A stretch of DNA of 64,000 bases from an uncultured Anaerolineales bacterium (GTDB lineage: Bacteria > Chloroflexota > Anaerolineae > B4-G1 > SLSP01): NCBI GenBank assembly GCA_964437445.1, contig CAYTGR010000019.1, positions 5,502 through 69,501 of the forward strand, in the 5' to 3' direction. The notes beneath the pieces are model-generated. The model was not told where the DNA came from. It saw only the letters and a program-made list of their open reading frames with translations, and did no database searches. Shown here one piece after another: positions 57,197 through 64,000 of the stretch. Numbering within the stretch: the stretch's first letter is position 1; each line of letters opens with the position of its first letter. The position numbers and the translations under genes were made by a program.

Positions 57197-59089
57197 TTAT
57201 TCTCCTTCGATGAAATTCCAAAGTGCCGGCTCTTCTTGACGAGAGTCTTGCGCGATGATCCAGATTTGTCCTGCGGAGTCCGCAGTTGCGGCCTCTATGT
57301 CCATATCCGTAACGGAAAGCAATTCGTTGCCTTCCAGACGGTAGACCGAACCGCTTTGGAAGAGCCACAGCCTGCCTGCGCCATCGAATACAAGGTTTGG
57401 AGAGGCGTCTGTAAACGCAAGCGTTTGTTCAGTGCCAAGAATTTCCTGCCAGGCGCCATCTTGCAAATGATAAAGGCCGCGCGCCGCGTCGCAACTGGCG
57501 CCGCCGCATAGGGCGGAAAGCGCCCACAGGTCTCCGTCAGGGCCGGGCAGCATAGCCAGCGGGTAACCCTGGCGATATTCTCCCGAATTGGGAATCACAA
57601 AATCGTTGAATTGCCGGGTTCCCTGGTCGAATTGCCGCACGAGGCCGTTCGCCATGCCGAGCCACACGTTCCCATTCTGGTCGGATGTAATTGCAGTGAC
57701 GCAGCCCGTGCTTGTCATCCCGCCGCGCCAGTGGCCCTGCCCGGCGGCAAAATCGGACGTATCCAGCCAACGCGCCCCGCCCCCGCCCATTGGCCCTTCC
57801 GCCCAGTCGCATTCGCCCACCCAGATTTGCTGGCGCTCTTCGACAAAATGAATGTGGAGTTCCATCAGCAAGTCGTTGGTCAAGGCAGGCGGCATGTCCA
57901 GGGTATCGCGCGTAAAAATCGTCCAGCGTCCATCGGCGTAGACGCGGATATCCTGCCCGGTAGCCAGCCACACCTGGCCGTGCGCCTCGCTGAGAACGCC
58001 GCGGCCTTCCAGCGAAGCCGGGTTGGAGGGCGGCAGCCAGCCTGCATCGGCATGAACAAAGGCAGAGCCGCCATAATCGGCCAGGGCGCTGTCCCAATAG
58101 AAAATTGTAGTGGGCACTTCTTCCGGGTAGAACCACGACCTGCCGGCATCGTCCACCCCGATGAAGCGTTGGGACGGCGCCAGAAAGTATGATTGCCAGG
58201 CGCCCTCCTGGAAGACGGCGTAGCCATTGGTGGTCATCAGGCGCAGGGCGCCATTCGGTAGCGCCTCCAGGTGGGTGATTTCACCGCTCAAATCTGCGGG
58301 CAATGCGGCAACTTTGTGAAAGGCAACCGCTGCTTCGCTGCCAGACGCCAGCGGATAGACCAGTGTCCATTTTTCATAGTCCAATGGATTGCCTGCTGTT
58401 TGCTCGCAATCCCGGTAACGCGCCTCATCCAGCACAAAGCGTTCGCCTGCGAGATGGTATTTGTAGAACACGCCGCAATCTTTGAGACCGCGATAGGCGT
58501 TCAGGTTGGTCAATGTTTGCGTCTCAGGATGGTAAACAGGGAAGGCGCCGGTGAGCGTATCCACTTCTTGCAGGCCACGCGCCGGGTCATCCTCCTGAAG
58601 CAGCACCGGCACGTAGATGGGACGTGCAGACGGCGGCGTAGCGCGATAGTCCAGCCAGTAGAGGCGCTCTTCCACCCAGTAGGGGCCGAGGTTGCAGGTC
58701 ACGAAGGCCAGGTACTGCCCGTCGGCGGCCGGATAAAGTTCAATGCCGCCCGCCTCCCCAGGGTCCCGCTTGAACCGCCCGAATCCTTCTTCGCAGTCCT
58801 CGGGCCAGCCCAAAAACGCTTGCCAGGCGGGGCGTTCATCGTAGCGGATGAATTGCGTTTGTGGGTCAAGGGTCGCTGTAGCCGTCGGCGCGGCAGGGCT
58901 ATGCCTTGCAATGGCCGGGGTGGCCGTCGGCGCGGCAGGGCTATGCTTTGCAATGGCCGGGGTAACCGTCGCAATCGCTGACGTCCCAGAGGGCAAAGGG
59001 GTCGCCTGCGAGTTTGTGCAGGCTGCCGTCAGCAAAATTGCCAACAGCAGAACAATCCCACCCACCCAATGATTATTCCACTTGCTCAT
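57197..59089 (-). CDS. Lipoprotein with two-component-regulator-propeller-like beta-propeller repeats; N-terminal 14-aa tandem duplication
   Basis: Signal peptide and lipobox (VLLLAILLTAAC) with AGGAGG 6 nt upstream of the ATG at 59089. Repeats such as NGNVWLGMANGLV and DGDLWALS. A 42-bp tandem repeat at 58882..58965 encodes PAIAKHSPAAPTAT twice. Confidence 0.55.
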   Translation of the reverse strand: MSKWNNHWVGGIVLLLAILLTAACTNSQATPLPSGTSAIATVTPAIAKHSPAAPTATPAIARHSPAAPTATATLDPQTQFIRYDERPAWQAFLGWPEDCEEGFGRFKRDPGEAGGIELYPAADGQYLAFVTCNLGPYWVEERLYWLDYRATPPSARPIYVPVLLQEDDPARGLQEVDTLTGAFPVYHPETQTLTNLNAYRGLKDCGVFYKYHLAGERFVLDEARYRDCEQTAGNPLDYEKWTLVYPLASGSEAAVAFHKVAALPADLSGEITHLEALPNGALRLMTTNGYAVFQEGAWQSYFLAPSQRFIGVDDAGRSWFYPEEVPTTIFYWDSALADYGGSAFVHADAGWLPPSNPASLEGRGVLSEAHGQVWLATGQDIRVYADGRWTIFTRDTLDMPPALTNDLLMELHIHFVEERQQIWVGECDWAEGPMGGGGARWLDTSDFAAGQGHWRGGMTSTGCVTAITSDQNGNVWLGMANGLVRQFDQGTRQFNDFVIPNSGEYRQGYPLAMLPGPDGDLWALSALCGGASCDAARGLYHLQDGAWQEILGTEQTLAFTDASPNLVFDGAGRLWLFQSGSVYRLEGNELLSVTDMDIEAATADSAGQIWIIAQDSRQEEPALWNFIEGE

Positions 59090-59122
59090 TGCGGCCTCCT
59101 GGTTGCGAACTGCCATTCCTGG

Positions 59123-59410
59123 CTATCCCAAGGAACGTTTTAGCCTGGTCATCAGAAACACGCTCGACACAATGCCCAGGACAATCAGCGTCAGGACGAC
59201 AACGCCCGTGTACCATTCCCAACGGTAGGAAACGCCCACCAGTCCCAGCCGCCAGGTCATTCCCACGAGCGATACGAACGTCAGTCTGTAGACTGGATGG
59301 GGAACGACAGGCGCTACGCGGATGGGGATGAGCGGCAAGCATCCAAGCCCAGCGCAGACAAAGAGCAGGGTCAGAAGATAGCGGAAAATAGTGCGCCAGT
59401 TGCTTTTCAT
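59123..59410 (-). CDS. Small hypothetical membrane protein (3 TM)
   Basis: 95-aa hydrophobic ORF. Its start overlaps the stop of the upstream small gene (ATGA). Confidence 0.3.
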   Translation of the reverse strand: MKSNWRTIFRYLLTLLFVCAGLGCLPLIPIRVAPVVPHPVYRLTFVSLVGMTWRLGLVGVSYRWEWYTGVVVLTLIVLGIVSSVFLMTRLKRSLG

Positions 59411-59721
59411 TCCTGGCGTTTCCTTTCCCCTGATAGTTTGGTCAGCGTATCCAGGCTTTGCTTTTGCTCTGCCATTCTGGAAATGGCCTCGAGGAGCCCG
59501 TTTTTGAATCCTTCATCCTGTATCCCTCTCTTTGTCAGTTGTTGCGACACATGTTCCTGGCGTGCCTCTTCGTTCAACTGCCAGAGTTCTTCCAGGCATT
59601 CGTCGCAGATTTGCTCCACGAAGAAAATGGCATCGGCCGTCAGGCGAGAGAAATGCCGTCCACAAAGGAGGCAGTCAAATTCCCTGTTTGCCATACAGAT
59701 GCCCAGGCTAAGACCGGTCAT
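59407..59721 (-). CDS. Small hypothetical protein with CxxC...CxxC zinc-ribbon-like motif
   Basis: FDCLLCGRHF...ICDECLEEL. Confidence 0.3.
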   Translation of the reverse strand: MTGLSLGICMANREFDCLLCGRHFSRLTADAIFFVEQICDECLEELWQLNEEARQEHVSQQLTKRGIQDEGFKNGLLEAISRMAEQKQSLDTLTKLSGERKRQE

Positions 59722-59863
59722 GACTCAACTCCTTTGAATGGAAATCCTGCAAGAAATCAAGGTTCGACATACTTTCCAACCAACTCGGTGAGATCGTGCA
59801 GCGTCAAAATGAACTTCTCGTAATCCGGGACGACTGTCACGCGCCGTCCTAACGATCTGCTGC

Positions 59864-60157
59864 TCAGCCGCAGCCGCGAAGCGGCTGTCGGCTGCAGCGG
59901 CGGGTTAGGCGCAGGTTTATCCCACCAGATACACCGCCTACCCTGGTCTGCACTGCGATGCGCTGGCCGTTCAAACTGTAGTACGTCCTGTTGACTTGCT
60001 GTGTGTCGGCGATGAAGGTATCCACCGCGCCGCCGTACACCGTCCTCCCGCCGCCGGGCAGGAGTTGCAGCACGCGGTCTCCGTCGCTGTCATACCAGAA
60101 CCGCGTTACTGCTCTGGTCACAGTATCCGTCACCACGGCTGGCGGTTTTTGGCGCAA
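59864..60157 (-). pseudogene. Rhs/YD-repeat fragment (orphan remnant)
   Basis: RFWYDSDGDRV and TYYSLNGQRIAV are YD-repeat-like motifs. No N-terminal region and no RHS core end. Confidence 0.45.
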
Positions 60158-60190
60158 TACACCCTTACGGAATGAACACGAAGGTCTATT

Positions 60191-60589
60191 TCAGTGCTTC
60201 AGTCTTGCCTCAAGGTCACGAATAACTCCGTACCATTCTGCCGCGTTTTCTGATTCATCCCAGAGTTCCTTGAGTTCTGAGGCGGTTTTGACTCGTTTGA
60301 CTGCTCTCGATGCCAGTCCAGACAGGCTCTGATCTCCAACCGGATGCCGGCTGATCCACTGCTTTACCTTGTCCGGCAAGTCGGGGCTACCAACACCGTT
60401 AAGCGCCGCAACGAGTTCCGCCGCTGCCAAAGCCCGACACGCCTCAGGGGCTTCCACATACTCATCCCTGCCCTCGGCAACAAACCTGAGTACCTCTTCA
60501 ATGACGGATGCATCTTCGGATTGCTCCAATTCCGCGACCCAATCCATAGCGTCATCATTTTCAAAGTTTCTTACACCCCATGTACCCAT
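60191..60589 (-). CDS. DUF4259-family protein, candidate immunity protein
   Basis: N-terminus MGTWGVRNFENDDAMDW matches the DUF4259 signature (MGTWG..FEND.A.D). Located inside the Rhs cassette array. Confidence 0.55.
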   Translation of the reverse strand: MGTWGVRNFENDDAMDWVAELEQSEDASVIEEVLRFVAEGRDEYVEAPEACRALAAAELVAALNGVGSPDLPDKVKQWISRHPVGDQSLSGLASRAVKRVKTASELKELWDESENAAEWYGVIRDLEARLKH

Positions 60590-60736
60590 TGTGTGTCTTC
60601 TCCTTCAACCTCGCCATACCCTGGCGGGTCGTGAATAGCACCTTCGTTCCGCAGAAACACCTGACCTATCTGGCACTTGGGCTAAGCCGGGCGAACGGCT
60701 ACATGTAGATGTAAGCGAGTGCTTGCTGCTAACAAG

Positions 60737-60937
60737 CTACCTCTCGCACAAGAGCTTGGTTAAGACAATTTCAACCGCTTCGTATCCATAGGTGCCATCA
60801 TCTGGAAGGTCCACAAGGTCCTCCGCGTTACAACGAGTCCGTTTAGGTAACTCCCATCCATTAGTATCTTGACGATACTCTACTAACCACCCCTTATTAG
60901 GGTTTAGTGGGTCTATATAAGTGTACTTCCATTTCAC
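60737..60937 (-). CDS. Small hypothetical protein in AT-rich segment
   Basis: 66-aa ORF only; no recognisable motif. Confidence 0.2.
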   Translation of the reverse strand: MKWKYTYIDPLNPNKGWLVEYRQDTNGWELPKRTRCNAEDLVDLPDDGTYGYEAVEIVLTKLLCER

Positions 60938-61000
60938 TCATAAATCAACTCTTTGCATTCACTTACTCTTTGGGAAATGCTACCCTGGTACCGGATAAGA

Positions 61001-61438
61001 TCATGGCTGCAGACAATCATAGTAATAAGGGGGAATGGAGTCGGTACATTGCCATTCTGTTGTGCTGCTGCTGTAACCGCACCACGTGTCATTGGATCCG
61101 GCTAGTCGAAAGTATAGAATATATCCTCCCCCCCCTGAACAAGCAGTATAGGTATATGGATACCTTCGCGCCGGCCGGGGTATCGCCTCCAAATACTCTG
61201 GCACAAGTTCCTCAACAGTGGATGGGAATCGATCGTTGTTGTGTTCGTAACGTTGTAAAGCCATCAGGAGTTCATAGGCACGCACTTGACCTTGTTCTAA
61301 CGAGGCTGCATCTACAGCGAAAATTGTAGCATACAAATAAATACTGCCTACACATCCTAGTAGGACAACTATCACCAACACCCCGAATACTGGTCGCCAG
61401 GTGAGGTTCAAAAACATATGGCTTTTCAAGTTACTCAT
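61001..61438 (-). CDS. Candidate immunity protein (N-terminal TM anchor) for the adjacent Rhs C-terminal toxin
   Basis: Immediately downstream of the Rhs-CT gene with a 3-bp gap. One TM helix, then a Cys/Tyr-rich soluble domain. AT-rich. Confidence 0.4.
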   Translation of the reverse strand: MSNLKSHMFLNLTWRPVFGVLVIVVLLGCVGSIYLYATIFAVDAASLEQGQVRAYELLMALQRYEHNNDRFPSTVEELVPEYLEAIPRPARRYPYTYTACSGGGGYILYFRLAGSNDTWCGYSSSTTEWQCTDSIPPYYYDCLQP

Positions 61439-61441
61439 AGG

Positions 61442-62698
61442 TCACCTCGCCCACGGTCTGGGATAATACCAGGGAACCCGCATCCCCGGCGTATCCAGCG
61501 CCCAGATTCCGGGCGTCGGATCAAGCGCGAAGCGCGCAACAGTTCCCACTTCGCTCATATTGACAATCGTGTCATGTAACATAGCGCCATGCTGAACCCC
61601 AATATAGCCTAGATTCAAATCAGGTACATTGCGATCACTCAAAGGGCCATCTCGCAGCCAATTGCCAGAACAACCCAGGTATGGGCCGTAAAAATACCCC
61701 AGGTAAAAAAGCCCAGCATAATGGTGGCTTGGGTTTTCATCGTCAACAAGAGCCGGATCCCAACCTGCCGTTCCCTCAAACAGAGGAGTATTTGCAGTCC
61801 ATGCGGTTCCAGGGTTGGTTGCCATCTGCCAAGTCGCCGGAATAGCATGACCTAATGGGACACCTCCCCAAATAAAGCCAATAGCTTGCGCGTAAAGATT
61901 CTCTTCCCCTGCTTGGTAATACGTGGCTAACCGTTCAAGGTGGGTGATAAAGCGATCTAGACCCGGTGCTGATGCATTGGGCCATTGGAAACCTGTACCA
62001 CTCCACAATTCTGCTCGATGTTGGTTGTAGAGAATCCAGTCACTATCTGTCCAGGCGCCATCTGGTCCACTGCCGGAATAAAGTATTGAGAAAAATCGAT
62101 CCCGTCGATCTTGATCTGTAGGCATACTCCCATGCGCCGCATAGAAAGCCTGCTCCCAGGCAGCATCAATGGGATCGTGTCCACTTGGATCCAGGTACTT
62201 GACAGGATTGTTATATCCGTATACGTATCCGTAGGCGTAGCGATTCAACGATTGGGGAGCAGCAGGATTGGGGACTAGGACATCCGCGCTGACAAACCGT
62301 CCTAACGACGGCGAATACATCCTCGCGCCATAGTCATACAGCCCCACGCCCTCCCACGGCTGGCCGGTGTAACGCCGATTGGTCGGCGTGCTGCCCCATT
62401 CGTAGCGCGTGACGCCATACGGGGTGTAGCGCAGTTCGCCCACCCGGTTACCGCTGGCGTCGGTCGCCACGGTCGCACTCCCCAGATGGTCGCCGTGCAG
62501 GAAGTACAGCGTGTTTCCTTGCCGCATTGCGATACGCTGCCCACCGGCGTAGTAGTATTTGGTCACCACCGCCCCTTGCTTCTCGTAGTAGTCGCCGATG
62601 TAAACCCGCACCCCGCTCCCATCCATCCGCAGGATACGGTTGCCGTCGCCGTCATACACGAAGCGCGTGACCTGCCCGGTGACCGTGTTCGTCACCAC
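61442..62698 (-). CDS. Orphan Rhs C-terminal module: a few YD repeats, RHS repeat-associated core end (DPxGL-type motif PVKYLDPSGHD), then ~240-aa variable C-terminal toxin domain
   Basis: YD repeats (RFVYDGDGNRIL, YYYAGGQRIAM), core terminus LYFLHGDHLGSATVATDASGNRVGELRYTPYGV...RYTGQPWEGVGLYDYGARMYSPSLGRFVSADVLVPNPAAPQSLNRYAYGYNNPVKYLDPSG. The C-terminal domain is unrelated to other proteins in the window. Confidence 0.8.
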   Translation of the reverse strand: MVTNTVTGQVTRFVYDGDGNRILRMDGSGVRVYIGDYYEKQGAVVTKYYYAGGQRIAMRQGNTLYFLHGDHLGSATVATDASGNRVGELRYTPYGVTRYEWGSTPTNRRYTGQPWEGVGLYDYGARMYSPSLGRFVSADVLVPNPAAPQSLNRYAYGYVYGYNNPVKYLDPSGHDPIDAAWEQAFYAAHGSMPTDQDRRDRFFSILYSGSGPDGAWTDSDWILYNQHRAELWSGTGFQWPNASAPGLDRFITHLERLATYYQAGEENLYAQAIGFIWGGVPLGHAIPATWQMATNPGTAWTANTPLFEGTAGWDPALVDDENPSHHYAGLFYLGYFYGPYLGCSGNWLRDGPLSDRNVPDLNLGYIGVQHGAMLHDTIVNMSEVGTVARFALDPTPGIWALDTPGMRVPWYYPRPWAR

Positions 62699-62910
62699 GC
62701 TAAGCCGATTTTCGGCGTTTTGTATTCTCGCGTGTAGGTGATGCGCTGCGTGCCCGAAATCTCCACCCGCAGGACCATATTCCCGTTGGCGTCATACGCC
62801 GCGCGGAAGCCCGCCGTGGTGCTCACGACGGCAAACGGCGACACGCACGCCGCCAGCGGCGGGCTCTCCGGCCCGTACCCCTTCATCACCAGCGGAAAGC
62901 CATAGCACAA
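62692..62910 (-). pseudogene. Rhs YD-repeat fragment in a different frame, contiguous with the downstream Rhs-CT module (frameshift or recombination scar)
   Basis: AAYDANGNMVLRVEISGTQRITYTREY is YD-repeat sequence. It ends 6 bp inside the next ORF in another frame. Confidence 0.45.
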
Positions 62911-62928
62911 GCGGAGTTAGTTCCCCAG

Positions 62929-63276
62929 TTACTTCAACCCCCGCCGCCGCTTCGCTTCCTCCAGCAACGCATTCGCATCCCGAACCCACTTCCTGGCATC
63001 CTCTGCCTGATCCGTCACTCCAAGACTCTCTGGCTCAGATTGAAAGGTTAGATCCAGCATTACCTCTTCCCGACTGGTCTCCTCATCGTGCACCAAACGG
63101 AATTGCAACATTTGCTCTGGCTCTATCCCAAAGTGAATCCCCGGAGGGACCATAAAAATCTTGGCACCTCCATCCTCGTGTGAGATCACAAAGGCGTATA
63201 ACGTTGTTTCCCTATCTATCCACATATAGCGCTTATGCCAGCCGAAACGGGTAATGCGCGGTTTTGTGCGTTTCAT
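62929..63276 (-). CDS. Candidate immunity protein for the upstream toxin domain
   Basis: 115-aa ORF (MKRTKPRITRFGWHKRYMWIDRETTLYAFVISHEDGGAKIF...) starting 5 bp after the stop of the toxin-CT ORF. The longer track ORF starts at 63420. Confidence 0.4.
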   Translation of the reverse strand: MKRTKPRITRFGWHKRYMWIDRETTLYAFVISHEDGGAKIFMVPPGIHFGIEPEQMLQFRLVHDEETSREEVMLDLTFQSEPESLGVTDQAEDARKWVRDANALLEEAKRRRGLK

Positions 63277-63281
63277 AGCCC

Positions 63282-63977
63282 TTACTCCGGTATTCTGCCT
63301 ACCACCCGCCAGGGCGGCGGTAACTGCAACAGCGCAGGTACGGCCAGTTTGATCCGTCCCTGCCGTACCACCGGCAACGGCGAAAACGGCACGACCTGAT
63401 TCACCATCGTGCAGGCCCACGTCACACAGTTGTACGCGTCTACAAAGTTATCTGGGTTAAACGAGTACCGGTATGGCCTCGGCCCCGGCTCACCCAACGT
63501 CGCCCGCAACCGCCGGGTCGTCTCCATCGGCACATCCCGCGAAACCTGCACCACTCCAGGCATCCCCACTTGGCCCAGCATTTCAAGATCGTCTCTCACC
63601 GTACCAGGAACCGCATTCTCAAATAAATTGACCGGGTAAAACTCTCTCTGCGGATAAAACCCTCTGACCTGGACATCATCGCCGATTCTGGTGTAGACCG
63701 CCATATGGCCGAAATCCTCAGTCCCCAGTGTTCCCCTCAAACGGGCAATGACGCCGATCTCCGCCACTTTCTCCACATCTACCACCGTATCCGCCACGTT
63801 GGCAACATCGTGGGCGGTATCTACCGCATTGATCGCCTTGCTCGCCCACTTGGCAGCTCGGATGGCATGGCTGGCCCCCGCCGGCACCACCGGCAATACT
63901 ATTGAAGCCACATCGGTTGCCAACGACACCGTGTTCCAGAAAGTGAACCCCTCGTTCCGAATGTCGTTGAGTGTCAT
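63282..63977 (-). CDS. C-terminal toxin-like domain of a larger (likely Rhs/polymorphic toxin) protein continuing beyond the window edge
   Basis: The ORF runs to the window edge. It is followed by a small immunity-like gene and then a further orphan Rhs-CT cassette. Domain identity is unknown. Confidence 0.4.
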   Translation of the reverse strand: MTLNDIRNEGFTFWNTVSLATDVASIVLPVVPAGASHAIRAAKWASKAINAVDTAHDVANVADTVVDVEKVAEIGVIARLRGTLGTEDFGHMAVYTRIGDDVQVRGFYPQREFYPVNLFENAVPGTVRDDLEMLGQVGMPGVVQVSRDVPMETTRRLRATLGEPGPRPYRYSFNPDNFVDAYNCVTWACTMVNQVVPFSPLPVVRQGRIKLAVPALLQLPPPWRVVGRIPE

Positions 63978-64000
63978 CCCCAGCGAAATGATGTCGAAGG

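Noticed and set aside
1-64000. Mobile elements (transposase/integrase), rRNA, tRNA
   Set aside because: No ORF resembles a transposase, integrase or recombinase, and no intergenic segment shows tRNA-like cloverleaf features or rRNA length. tRNAs cannot be fully excluded without tRNAscan.

Overview
This is a 64-kb, high-GC (about 65%) bacterial chromosomal window with dense coding, frequent GTG/TTG starts and many 4-bp start/stop overlaps. Large multi-GAF and dCache hybrid histidine kinases and many DUF proteins suggest a Chloroflexota-like organism, but that is low-confidence inference. The first 44 kb is mostly core or housekeeping content. It includes a NAD biosynthesis operon (nadB plus a NadC-NadA fusion), two hybrid histidine kinases, a URO-D-family gene, a TolB-like propeller, PanE, an ICMT-like methyltransferase, an ABC exporter, glgP, fumC and an amidohydrolase. 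It also holds a 10-kb minus-strand protein/lipid glycosylation cluster: a Ppm1-like GT2, a YfhO-like GT-C fused to a Wzx/PST flippase, a coiled-coil protein, a GtrB-like GT2 and an ArnT/PMT-like GT-C. A Roadblock/LC7 - V4R - response regulator (degenerate GGDEF) operon sits downstream of a TetR gene. From about 44 kb onward the window looks accessory: AT-rich segments, a CPBP/Abi protease, a 1006-aa beta-helix secreted protein, and a Type III-like restriction-modification pair with a greatly extended Mod (1053 aa) and Res (1084 aa). That R-M pair is preceded in the same operon by a translationally coupled small ORF, a tandem-bPH membrane protein and a zinc-ribbon protein. The window ends in an array of orphan Rhs C-terminal toxin/immunity cassettes. 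Non-coding and unusual signals include (i) three copies of a ~39-bp GC-rich palindromic element inserted in-frame inside both mod and res, (ii) an AT-rich target-recognition-domain segment inside mod, (iii) a ~135-bp structured repeat present just upstream of two minus-strand genes and bracketing a 4-kb segment, and (iv) a pair of 32-bp direct repeats next to the TetR gene. No rRNA, tRNA, CRISPR array or transposase was recognised.
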